A stretch of 64,000 bases of DNA from Lama guanicoe (lineage: Eukaryota): contig MU053482.1 in the NCBI GenBank assembly GCA_013239625.1, forward strand, positions 4,973,775 to 5,037,774, written 5' to 3'. Of the stretch, positions 22,780-34,975 are shown one piece after another. The position numbers and the translations under genes are program-made. Within the stretch, counting starts at the first letter, position 1. Every line of letters begins with the position of its first letter. The notes under the pieces are model-generated. The model saw only the letters and a program-made list of their open reading frames with translations, searched no databases and had not been told where the DNA came from.

Positions 22780-23630
22780 ATGGGAGGGTTTTGGAATGTT
22801 TGTGCTGAGGAATAACATGATCTTGCTTCTGTTTTAACAGGATTGCGCTGATGGTGGTAAGAGACTGAGAGGGTGGGGGTGGAAGCAGGGAGAGGAGGTA
22901 GGAGCCCACTGTGATGCGCCAGGTGAGAGGTGCTGGTGGTCTGGAGCTCAGCGGTAGCAGTGGAGGGTTGAACGTTCAATTCTAGATATAGTTTGAAGGC
23001 ACAGAGGATAGGATTTATTGAAAGATTGGATGGAAGATGAGAGAGTAGAATCAAGATGACTCCTGGATTTGGGTTTGAACAACTGGGAAGATGAAACTTA
23101 TTTTAACTGCAGTGGAAAATTCTGTAGGAAGAGGTGGTTTGGCGAGAAAAAGCAGGACTCTGTTTTGGACCTGTTTGGTTAGAGGTGCCTCCTGGACTTC
23201 CCTGGGGCTGTGTTGAACTTGCAGTTGGTTCTAGGAGTCTAGTTCAGGGAGGGGTCTGGGCTGGAGACCTCTCGGTGTGTAGGTATATTTAAAGTCATGA
23301 GACTGACTAGGATCATCATGGAAGGGAGCATAGACTATAGAAAAGGTCCAAGGGCTTTCCAACATTTAGAAATTGGGAGATGGTAGGGGAGGGTATAACT
23401 CAGTGGTACAGCTCATGCTTAGTGTGCATGAGGACCTGGGTTCAATCCCCAGTACGTTCATTAAAAAATAAAAATAAATAAGTAAACCTGATTACCCCTC
23501 CCCCCAAATAAATAAATAATTAGAAGTTGGGAGATGAGGAGGGACTGGCGAAAGAGAGGCTAGAAAGGAGTGGCCAGTGTGATTGGAGGGAAACTGGGAG
23601 AGTGTGGAGTCTAGGAAGTCGATTGAAGAA
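22780..23630 (-). mobile_element. L2 fragment (interrupted by a SINE)
   Basis: ggaagcagggagagg...ccaggtgagaggtgctggtggtctgga...gaatcaagatgactcctgga, typical of L2. Confidence 0.75.
23383..23519 (+). mobile_element. Full-length tRNA-Ala-derived SINE (camelid vic-1-like)
   Basis: ggggagggtataactcagtggtacagc...ctgggttcaatccccagtac (A and B boxes) with an (aaat)n tail. 17-bp TSD ttagaa(a/g)ttgggagatg at 23366-23382 and 23520-23536. Confidence 0.9.
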
Positions 23631-23639
23631 TTTATTCTC

Positions 23640-25160
23640 TCACCACGATTTACGCTTCACTGGCCAAGGTCTCCCAAATCCACTGTGGCCTTTTCAATCC
23701 TCATTCCACTTGGGCTTTTGGTAGCATTTGAATTATTCAGCTTTTTCTTTTCCTTAAAATTCTCTTCTCCCTTGACTTGACCCACACTGAATTGTTCCCT
23801 GTGTCTCTATTGTTTTCAGACTCCTTCATAGGCTTTTCTCATGTGTTTACCCCTCAGTAGTGTTTCGCCGGGTCCTTCTCCCCCCACAACCTTTTTTTTC
23901 CCCTTCAGGGATTATTTCATCTACTCTCATGACTTCAGTGACCACCTGCCCATTGATGGTTCCGCAGTCCATCTCTCAAATCCAGATCCTTCATCTGTAT
24001 CCAGAAACATCTTTCCACTGTCTTCCAGATGTGTCATAGGACCCTCAAACTCAACATGCTGGAAACGGAATTATTATTTGTCCCACTTGCCTGGATCTGC
24101 TTCTACTGTTGCACCATCCCACCAGCTGCTTAAGGTGGAAGTGTTGCAGTCACCCGCTGTTTCACAGGGCGGACAGTCAACGTGTTAGACTGCCCTGGCC
24201 CCCTGCCCTCTGCCCGGCTCTGCCCTTGAGGCCACAGACAATAGGTAAATGAACAAGCGTGGCTGTATTCCAATAATACTGTAGTTATGGACCCTGAAAT
24301 TTGAATTTCACATAATTTTCATATCTCACAAAATACTCTTTTGTTCTTTTTCAGTCACTTAAAAAGCGTGAAAACCATTCATAGTGCTGGGGCTGTACAA
24401 AGAGGGGTGGCGGGCTGGATACGGCCATGGGCAGCACTTTGCCGGCCCCTGCTCCATCTCATCCCCACAGCCCGTCATCTCTCATGAAGTCCTGCTAATT
24501 CCGCCATCTGAATATTGCTGCCTTCATTCAGGCCTCATAAGTGTGCTTTGTCTTCTTTGATTGTTTATTTTATTACATTTTAGCATCTTTATTTTCCACC
24601 TGAAATATTGCAGTATCCACCCCCCTTGTCTCCCTGTGTCTGATCCTTTTTAGTTCAGTCCACTCTTCATCCTTTTGCCAATGTGCCATTCTCTTACTTC
24701 TCAGCACAGCATTCAGGTCCTTCACAGCTGCTCTGTGGTCTGCTCTTCTGGTCTAGTCTCCCTTATTCCCCTGTCAGGAAGCCTTCATTTTAGCCACAGG
24801 AAACTGCTCTTCATTCCCTGAACACTCCATGTTCTTCTACGTGTTTTCACCTTTATGCATGCTGTTCCATATTTCTAGAATGACCTTCTTCCCTTCTCTA
24901 TACAGCAAACTCCTATTCAGTCGTTAAGACCCAACTCAGATACCCTCTTCTGCTTGATGCCTCCTGTAGCTCCCCTAGGAGAGTGAGACGCTTCCTTCTC
25001 TGTAGTCCCACGCTGCCCTGTCTATACGCCCCGGCCACCTGGCGTTGCAGCCCTGTGGCTGTGTGTGTCACACTGTGACGAGAGTTCTCCTCCTGTGCCC
25101 CTCCTGCCTGGCATAGTATTTAACACACAGTGATATCGGCATTTCTATGGAATGAATTTC
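23640..25160 (+). mobile_element. Degraded L2, interrupted by MER58
   Basis: ccctcaaactcaacatg...tgctgttcc...tagaatg...gcctggcatag...gaatgaat L2 3' end. Confidence 0.65.
24165..24451. mobile_element. MER58B-like hAT-Charlie MITE
   Basis: gcgtggctgtattccaataa...ctgaaatttgaatttcacataattttca...tttgccggcccctg terminus. Confidence 0.8.
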
Positions 25161-28100
25161 CCCGCATCTACCTTGGTGAAAATAGCACCCCCCTGGCTAA
25201 CTGGCTGCGTGATCTCAGACAAGCCTCTTCCCCTTTGCCCATTTCTGACGTCAGGGGATTAGGCTAGCTAACCTTTTGGAGCCCTTGCGGCTCTGGTGTT
25301 CAATGATTTCTGAGCTCTCATTTCACCAGGCTGCTCTCAAATTCAGTTTTATTGTCTGTGTAGGGTGGTCTGGGAATGACATCATGACAAAGACTTCTTT
25401 CTTTCCTCCACTAATGAAGGCACCTCTGTGTCGGGAGGAGGAGATGGAAACCAGGATAAGCGGGCCGCGGCCCAAGGACACCCCCATGTTAGGAATCGGT
25501 CTCCTTGTCTCATGGAATATCTCCACGTGGTTGTAAGCGCTGTTCATAATTATGTTTTAGCCATTAGCACAGGAGGAGAGATGAAATCCTCGTGTAAACG
25601 TTGGTCAGCATCTAAAATCTCCACTGACTTTCATGGAAAAGAGAACACGGTTGGGGAAAGTGCTACAACAATTTTAATAATAAAAGGCTTTACGAAATAC
25701 TTCACAGAATAAAATGAAATGAAATAGTTTTTTTTTTCAAAGATGTAAACATGCTGTTACATTTTCAATATGTTCTGTAGCCTGCAGTCAGTAGGAAATT
25801 CGGGGCCCCCAGGGCAAGGAGGCCGTGTGCCTTCTTTTTTGTCTTCCCTTAGACTCAAAAGGGCAGGAGCTGTGTGTGTCCTGCTCACATAGTATCCCGG
25901 GTGCCTGGTACCACACCAGGTACCTAACAGGTGCTCCGCAAAATGGTTCTTAACCAACTGCCTGAACCATCAGTGAGCATCTTATTCCCACTGTGGCGGA
26001 GTCCCCAGATTACTTCAAACTCTGCTCAAAACTTCGATGACTCTTCTGGTGCCCTGATTCCATCCAGGCCTCCGTTTCTGGCCCTGTTTCTCTACCTTTG
26101 TGCCAAGACATTATCACTTAGCTCTGTTATTTGACAAACACACAAAGGCCCCCAGACCAGAGGCAGGGTCCTGGAATCTGTGGGCACTGATGGTGCAGCG
26201 GCAGCAGCCAGCCTGCAGGGAGGGAGGCCCACTGATCAAGGGCGTTGACAAGGCCAGTGTTCTCTGCATCCCAAAAAGCTTGCTTTGTGAAAGTGGCATT
26301 GCGCATACTCATGCTAACGTGCTGAGATGAAGAAGGACCGCGGTGAAAGAGCCTACTTGCAAGGCTTGGGGGAGACAAGGGAAATGTGCAAACCGAAACT
26401 CTGCAAGAGAGATTCAGGATCCCTTTAATTCCCCAGAGCCAGACCTGTTCCCCGCGTCCCATCCCTTCTTGCCCATCTCAGCTTCACTTACTAAGTGCAG
26501 AACTAAGGAAATCTGAAGATCAGCCAGAGCCGCGCCCCTATCCTTGCTTTTCGGCAAAGGAGCTCCACCACTACCTCTCCCCTCGACGTCAACCCAGCAA
26601 GAAAAAGAACCTCCCAAAGGAGAGGATGGCGGATGCCATGGCTTCGTGGAGCTCGCCTCGCTCCAGGTCATGGCTGCTGCCTCCTTGTCCAGGCCTGGGA
26701 CCAACGTCTGCATGGTGTTGGGTCACAATACCCCTCACCTACAATCTGGTTCTATTGGCACTTACTGGGTGATAATTCTGTTTGCGCTGAACGTACTCAC
26801 CTCCCACAGCCTTAGAAAAACCAACTCTGGGACTAGTGTCATTGGCTTCCCTCTTCCCTGCAATCCAGCCTTAGGAAAATGTTAGGCCATGGATGGAAGA
26901 CACAGTGAACTTAATCAGTTTAAACAGAAATATTCTTAACAATTGCACACTCTCTTGGGGGAAGGAAGAGTGAACCAAATCACTTAGCACCTGACTTTTT
27001 AAATATAAGATGTTTTTCTTCCCCATTATAAAATTAATCCATGCTTTGGGATATATGGGAAAATAGGAAGAAAAAACAATCATACAATATTCCAACTCCC
27101 AGAGGCAATCACTCCTAGGATTTTGGTTAATTTTTTCTATACTTTTTCTTTGTTATAACTTTTAAATTTTTATAATTATAAGTGTATCATAGATATTATA
27201 TAGATACAAATTCTATATTCATTTATTATGTAAATATTTTTCATGTTACAGATTTTATTAAATATAGTTTTTACTGGTGAATAATATTCCATTGAGTGCA
27301 GTCCTGTTGTTTACTTAGCCATTTCTTTTGGTGCTCTTTTTAATTTTTCTAGAAATAATGCCTTAAGTTTTTTTGTTTTTTTGATATAGCACCAGAAGTA
27401 CGACTATAGGACAAAAGGGTGACAGTTGGCTTGCTTACCATCAATAGTTTATAACTAATAACCAGGAGAAATGACTACTTTTGGGTCCAGTTGGTCTTCC
27501 TAGTAGGTTGTTTGAAAGTAAAACCAACATTGTTAGGCTGAAAGTTTCTAGTCCTGGTAGGACCAGGTACCTGAGGTGGGGTGGGATGGGAGGGTGATGT
27601 GTCAGGGGAGCACAGATTTCCAGCCTGGCCAGTAACATGTGCACAAGTAAGCTCCAGTACAGGCTGGTCTTTATTTCAGAACAGCCTCTCATGGCCATTC
27701 TTCCATCCTTTTATGGCCTGATCGTCACCCACAGTGCTCCTCCTTCTAACAGGACCCAAGGTTTGGCCGAATAGTCATACTTGAAATTTCCCTGGAAGTC
27801 ACAGCTACCACCCTCTGTCCTACTCTGAGTTCTCATCAGGCCCATGTGAGACCCAGTAGAGGTTTGGTCAAGAAGTCGTTCCTTCTCTTGATCAACTCCT
27901 CCTACCTCCTAATCTCTAAATTCTTGGACTCACCCCGCAACTTGTTAACCACAGACAAATGGGAGGGAATTTCAAGACACTGGGCTGAATGCTATAGCAG
28001 ACAAATTTGGGTCGCAGGGTTGAAGGACCCCTTAGGAGACATGGTGCTTTTAGGCTGGATCTTGAAGCCAAAGGAACCTCCTCACTGGCCCCCTCCACCC

Positions 28101-30249
28101 AGGTCGACAAGAGAAGGGACAGGATTTGGAAGCTTTCTGAGTTTCAGGTTGAATTTTGACACAGTGGGCTGGGCTGATGCCTCCGGGGCTCAGTTTCCTC
28201 ACCCTGCACAGGAGGCAGTAGTCAGGTGTCCCGTTACATCTCCTAAGAATGGATCGGAGCCAGTTGGAGCATGTAATGATCACACCCAGCACCCCAGGGA
28301 GTATTTCTGGGGAGTCACTCGTGGAGGCAGACGCCTTCCCTGGGAGTGATGTCATGGGCATTTATTTCATCGTTGAGTCATATCCCATTCTCTTCACTCA
28401 TTCCCTTATCACTCTTAAAATCCAGAGGCAACTCCCCTCTTATATGCTATGAAAAGCACAACCTGACACCGAGGACTGGGAATGATGCAGGAGGGCTCCT
28501 GGGGATGATGATGTTGGACTATAAATGGACAAGCCCACCGGCCTGTGTCTGCTCCCTCAGGGACATAAACCCAGGGCATAGGGTTCCCGATCATAAGCTC
28601 TGTGCTTGTTTCTTTCCAGGAAACATTCGCCAGTAGAATAATTAATCTGCCAATTGCAGTATTACATTGACTTTTCAATTCAACACAATTATTCCTAAAG
28701 CAGTTTTTGTCTTGGTCAACAAAGTCTTGATGACTTTGGCTGCGGGGCATGCTGGGAGGGGAAATGCTTCCTGTGGGGAGGGGGAATGAGGGAGGAGTTC
28801 AGGAAGAGGGTCTACAACCGCAGTCACCCAGTTTAGGTGGCAAGGGCACTCCTGGTCTGTTGCGGTGGGCACCGAGGTGAGGGTGCAGAGATTCCTGGCA
28901 TCTGTTGGGAGAGTCCTGAATCAGGGAGGCTCATCCAAGCTCATGTAGGGTGTGAGATTCAGGGTCTGTCATTCAGGAGCTGGCAGAACTTAGCAGGAAG
29001 GTCAGGACTCTGAGGAGGTGAGGTCAGGAGCCGGCTACAGTCTCAGTGTGAACTCGGGATTCACTGGCCCCCAGAGTGGAGGTAGGCGGGGAGGCTGCCA
29101 AGGCTCAGCCTCCCCTGCACCCCAGGCTTGGAAATAAACTTCCCTCTCAGTGCGGAGGGGTTTTCTGATTTACCAGAAGGCTGAGCTCTCCAGGGCTTCC
29201 AGCCTTGAGGGACAGACCTGCAGATGACAGGTAGTTAATAATGACAGTTGCGAGAAACAGGGGCAGCAGGAACTGACAGTTTTGATGTTGTTTGCAAAAC
29301 ACAGAAGGGTAACATACACCATTTTAAAGCAGCTCAGGATGCGGACAAGTCCCGAAATAGCCTCTTGCGAGGAGTAGCAGCTGCCTCTTAGCTGAGGGTA
29401 ACAAGGCTCAGAAGCCCCGCCAGCATATAGTCAAGTTCCTGGAGGACAGAACGATCCCTTTCCCTGCTTTTCCTCCATGCCTGTCATTATAGTAAATTAC
29501 CAGGCTCTCGTGATGACGAGGGAGAGGCAGATTGATTTGTTCCTTCTGATTGTCACTGTGCTGAACTTGGCTGGGGTGTGAGACACCCAGATTTCACACC
29601 TTGTAATGGCCCTGCCAGGGGCGGGTGTTAGCACAATTGGGACCTGACACTTCAATAAATCTGAGACATTCTGCCGTGGAGATCAAAGTTCAGAATTGCT
29701 TAAATTGGTGTTGGAGCAGGTGGGAAACAGAAGTCCGGGGCCGTGAATTGGACAGATAGCGATTGTCGTTCAGGCTGTAAGACTTGAATGTCAGCTTTTC
29801 GAATGACATGACATCAATTTAAGTAATTTGGGCTCCCAGCTACCTAGTCCTTTCAGTATTGCTGGTTCTGGGTGGTGTGATTCATGGTCTAGCTTCTGCT
29901 CTTATGTGGGAAAAATAACAATACCAAAAAACACCTTGCTTGTATCTCTGGGGTTGGACAGCTGTGTTGGGTTGTCAGTTTTCATGGGAGTGTGGATAAC
30001 ATTTCATCTCCTACCTGGATGTGCTGGTGACTCCTCAAGCTGCACCTCTAGCCGTGGCCTCTCATCTGAGCTTCAGACTCATTAGCATGTGTGTGTCATG
30101 GCATTGTCACTGGCACACAGAAATGGACCTGGATTTTAACACAGGGCACATAATTCTCAAAGGCTTCTGATGAGGTGGGAACACGCTCTGGTTTCTGATG
30201 GCAGCTGGAGTCCAGAGGAGAGGTATCTGATCCATATGGAGGAGTAGAT

Positions 30250-31010
30250 TTTTTTTTTAATATTGCAGCTTTATTGAGATACAATTCACCCATTTGGAGG
30301 GTATCAATCAGTGGTTTTTAGTATATTAAAAGTTATACAACCATCAACCCAATCAATTTTACAGCATTCTCGTCAGTCCCAGGAGAAACTCTGTGCCGTT
30401 AGTAATCAGTCCCCCAAGTAACCATCAGTATGTTCTGTCTCTCTAGATCTGCTGATCCTGGGCATTTCATATACATGGAATCCTGTGATATGTGGTCTTT
30501 TGTGGCTGGCTTTTTCCACTTTGTAATATTTTCAAAGTCCACCCAAGTCATAACATGTATCAGTACTTAATTCCTTTTTTTGACTGTGAAATATCCTATT
30601 ATATAGATTACCAGATTTTGTTCATTTGTTTATTGGTTGATGGTCATTTGGACGGTTTGTACTTTTTGGCTATTATGAATAATATGGCTGTCAATTTTCA
30701 GGTGCAAGTTTTTGTGTGGACATATGTTTGCACTTCTCTTGGGGATATACCTAGGAGTGGCGTCACTGGGTCGTACGATAGCTTTGCTTAGCATTTGGAA
30801 GGACTGCTAGGCTGCACCGTTTTACCTTCCCACCAGCAGTGTATGAGGGATCCAGTGTCTCCACACCCTCACAACACTTGTTATTTTCTGTCTTTTTGAT
30901 TTTGGCCCTTCCAGTGGGCGCGGAGTGTATTTCTCATTTGCATTTCTCTGATGGCTAATGGTATTGAACCTCTTCTCGTGTGCTTTTCGGCCATTTATAG
31001 GTTTTCTTGG
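30250..31010 (-). mobile_element. L1 3' fragment (L1MB-like)
   Basis: gctttattgagatacaattca...atatacctaggagtgg...ttcccaccagcagtgtatgaggg. Confidence 0.85.
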
Positions 31011-31126
31011 GCACTTTGGCTTTTTAAAGTCCATGGAACTCAGGACTGGGTCTGTCCTCAGTTCTGAGTGTGATGAGAGCCCTGCCTGCTTCCCTGGAAA
31101 GGTGCATGCTGAGGAATTTTCGTCCT

Positions 31127-31128
<2 letters not shown>

Positions 31129-31171
<43 letters not shown>
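31129..31171. repeat. Poly-T tract (about 43 nt)
   Basis: Uninterrupted T run. Confidence 0.9.
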
Positions 31172-31173
<2 letters not shown>

Positions 31174-31624
31174 CTTCATTTTGCAGAATGACTGTTCCTG
31201 AAGTATTTCCTGTGAAGCAAATTGTCATCATCTTGTTATACCACTAGCTTGCATTATTAAATTGGAAATTGTTTGGCTGGAATACAATTTTAGCCCCAAA
31301 TTATTAGAAAAAATTATACCAGAAAAATAGCAAAGATTTAAAACTTGTACATTTAAGTAAAATGTAGAAATTCTTGGTGATATACCATTACTTTTTAAAT
31401 AATAGTATTAGTACAACAGTGACAATAATTACGTGAGTGCGTCGGAGCAAGCGCTTGTGCTGTTACGGGCCAAGCAATGTGGTAGATGCTTTACGTGTGT
31501 TAACTATTTCATGGAATTGAGAAGATTAAATAAGTTGTTAGTATTATTTGCATCTTTGCCCCTTTACGGATGAGAAATTGAGGAACAGAGAGGCCAGGTA
31601 ACTTGCCCAAGGTCAAGGATGGTG

Positions 31625-32045
31625 TACGACTTAAGGTAACACTCGCTGCTGTAGCAGATAAACCCCCCGTTCTCAGAAGCTTAACATAGTAAAGGTGTAT
31701 TTCTTGCTTATGGCAGAACCCAGTGGCATCATTCTTGATTGGATTGCCTTCCATGTGGTCATGCAGGGATCCAGGCCCTGTACCTCTTATGGCTGTGCCT
31801 TCCTCCAGGTTCTTTGGGTCCTTACCAATCAACCAACGGGTGAGAAAGAGAACAAGACTGCGGTGGGAGGTTTTTAGGGGCCAGGCGTAGACATGATATA
31901 TATCACTTCCGCCCATTTACCGTTGGCCAGAAATCAGTTATGGGGCCATACCTACATGTAAGAGAGGCTGAGAAACAGAGCTAAATTGTCTGCCCAGAGG
32001 GAAAGGAAGTGAGCTTTGGCAAGTGCCTGCATCCTTTTGCTATTG
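31625..32045 (-). mobile_element. MLT1K-like MaLR LTR nested in a MIR
   Basis: atcacttccgcccatttaccgttggccagaaatcagt...gaggctgagaaa. MIR halves lie at about 31420-31617 and 32046-32120. Confidence 0.65.
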
Positions 32046-32609
32046 CTAGCAACTAGAAGATATGGGATTTGAACCCTGGCAATTTGGCTCCAGAGACTGG
32101 CTCTAAACTAGCACATTCTCCTTCCTCACTGTGAATAGTGGCTCAAAGTCTGGTCAGAAAAATGTGGAGGGTCGCACCAGTTTTTGCTCACTTTTCTTCC
32201 CACCTGTAACTGCATTTGCTTACCTGGATGCTGTGCTTCAGCATTCTGTCAAAGTCACTGTCTTTCAGAAAATAATACCAGTGAGAGCTAACACTGAGTG
32301 TTCGCTCTGTGCCAGATGCCGCTCTATGCATTTTGCATATTCTATTTCATTTAGCCCTCACAATTACCCCAGGAGTTAGGGAGTTTTTATTATTCCCATT
32401 TTCCAGGGGAGGAAGTTGAAGAAGAGAGCTTGGTTATGTGTCCAAGGCTATGTAAGTAAGTGTTGTCTCTGGGCTTCCAACGCCCTCACATGACTGAGCT
32501 AGGGTAGGGTTGAAGGGAAGAGGAGAGAAGATGAAAAAGCCAAACACACTGCAGGTATAATTCAAAACCCACCAGAACTTTGTTTGAAGTCTGCTTCAAA
32601 CAAATCAAC

Positions 32610-32940
32610 TTCTATAAGTCATTTAGGAGACAATCAGGAAAGTGTAAATCTGTGAGGAGATTTGATGACATTAAGGAGTCATTGTTAACTTGGAGGGTGG
32701 GAGGAAGGTGTTGCGGTTGTGTTTAAAAAAGAAAAAAGTCCTTATCTTTTCAAGATACATACTGAAATATTTATAGATGACATGATCAAATGTCTAGGAT
32801 TTGCTTCAAATCACAGTGTCAGTGGACAAAAAGTGGCCATGTGTTGCCAATTATTGTAGGATGGTGATGGGTCCGTGCAGGATTCTTATACTAACTAGTC
32901 TCCCACTTTGGGGTCTATTTGAAATTTTCCATAATAATTA
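32610..32940 (+). mobile_element. L1ME-like 3' UTR fragment
   Basis: ccttatcttttcaagatacatactgaaatatttatagatga...tttgaaattttccataataa. Confidence 0.7.
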
Positions 32941-34001
32941 TGGTAAAGAAGACTTTAATGGGTCAGACATTAATGCACTATCTGAAGCCCCCTGGATGGT
33001 AAATGAAGTGCTGGGGGTGGGCTCAGAGCACTGACCAGTGTTTGCTGAAGAACAGCTGAGCAGCCTGGAATGTTGTGTAAAGCAGGTCTTCTGGGACCCT
33101 GGGAGCCATTGGCTGCCTTTTGAATTCTGATTCTAAGATGCTCCTGGAGGCAGTGTTTAGAGCTTGGAGAATTGAGCTTCTGAAAATAAGCCCTGGGGCC
33201 TCCAAAAGGCAGAATCACAGGCTTCCTGGGCAAAAGGGAGACTGGGCCAGGGTGGGCTTGGCCCTGGCCAAATGGCCTTAGCACAGGCCGGCTCTGCAAC
33301 CCATGACGAGTGTCCTGCTGAAAGGTTCAGGCTGGCCCCAGCTGCACTTTAATTAAACAGTGAAAATCCATCAAAGACGCGGCCTCCTCGCCGCTGGCCA
33401 GTTCTCCTGAGTCCCAGGTGAAGCCAGCTCTTGGCTGGCCTCAGGCCAGGAGGAAGGTGGGCTGCAGGCCCTCTTCAAGCCCCTGCCTAAAATCAACAGC
33501 CACTGCTCGGCAGCCCGGCTTCCAACCCAATGCAAATGAAGCCTGGTATTTGGAAATGGTATTAAATGTCCTAAATCAATATTCTGGAGGCAGGATCAGA
33601 GCAATTAAAAGGCCTGATGTCCTCCCCAGATCATTGGAGTATATATGAATATAAGTTTTTTAGTTCACTTTTAAAACTCAGCAGGTTGAAAAAGATGGGG
33701 GTCTGCTTGGTGATGCCCTGACAATAGTTTATTCTATCCTCTGTATCTTTTCCTATTTTTCTGTGTATCCAACATATGTCAAGCACATTGGTGTTTTCAT
33801 ATACACTGTCACATTTAGTCCTCACAGTAACCCCGGGAGGTCCTGTCATGTCCACTCTACAGGTGGGAAAGCTGAGGCTCAGAGAGGCAAAGTGACTTGC
33901 CCAGGGTCTGTCAGTTACTAAGTGGTAGAGCAGGGTTTGGAATCAGCCTTCTTCATTCTTAAATCCAGTGCTTTTCCCACTCTAAAACACCTGGCTTTTC
34001 T

Positions 34002-34587
34002 TTCTTTTTTTTTTAAATTGAAGTATAGTCATTTATAATGTATCAATTTCTGGTGTACAGCACAATGTCCCAGTCATGCATATATATATACACATACATT
34101 TATTTGTTTTCATATTCTTTTCCATTAAAGGTTATTACAAGATATTGAATATAGTTTCCTGTGCTATACAGAAGATATTTGTTTTTTACCTATTTTTATA
34201 TATAGTGGTTATCATTTGCAAATTTCAAACTCCCGAATTTATCCCTTCCACCCCTTTCCCGCTGGTAACCATAAGATTGTTTAATATGTCTGTGAATCTG
34301 TTTCTGTATTGTAGATGAGTTCATTAGTGTTCTCTTTTTTTCTTTTCTTTTTTTAGATTCCACATATAAGTGATATCATATGGTATTTTTCTTTCTCTTT
34401 CTGGCTTACTTCACTTAAAATGATGATCTCCAGGTCCATCCATGTTGCTGCAAATGGCATTATTTTATTTTTTATGGCTGAGTAGTATTCTGTTTTATAA
34501 ATATAGCACAACTTCTTTATCCAGTCATCTGTCAATGGACATTTAGGTTGCTTCCATGTCTTGGCTATTGCTGTATATTGTGTTGCT
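34002..34587 (-). mobile_element. 5'-truncated young L1
   Basis: ORF 34353-34535(-) [56 protein letters not shown] is the L1 ORF2 C-terminus. TSD ctggcttttct at 33991-34001 and 34588-34598. Confidence 0.93.
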
Positions 34588-34749
34588 CTGGCTTTTCTGA
34601 ATACTGTTTATTTTTCATTCACCAATAATAATAATTAACAATAATGAATAAAACAGTAATAATAGTAATAGTTTAATTTACAGTTTCTCTGGCCTTAAAG
34701 GTGTTGGCAGCTTTTCTAGTTTGTTCATTTGTTCAACAAGTGTTTATCG

Positions 34750-34975
34750 AGAGGCAGCCTGGTAGGGTGGTTTCTGGGCTCTGGAGCCCATCTGGCCCCA
34801 CCACACACTGGCTGTATGACCTGGGAAGTTCTCTCTGAGCCCCAGCTTCCCATCTGCAAAATGGGATGTTACTAGTTAGTACCCACCTCACAGAGTTGTC
34901 TTGAGAATTAAAGGAATTAGTAGTACTTGCAAAGTGTTCAGACAGAGCCTGGTCCTCAGTAGGCATTCTCTAAAT
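34750..34975 (+). mobile_element. MIR
   Basis: ggctctggagcc...gctgtatgacctgggaag...catctgcaaaatggg...cctcacagagttgtcttgagaattaaa. Confidence 0.8.

Noticed and set aside
23385..23460. tRNA-Ala gene
   Set aside because: Degenerate stems and anticodon arm, an A-rich tail and TSDs show it is a SINE. The same applies to the three other copies.
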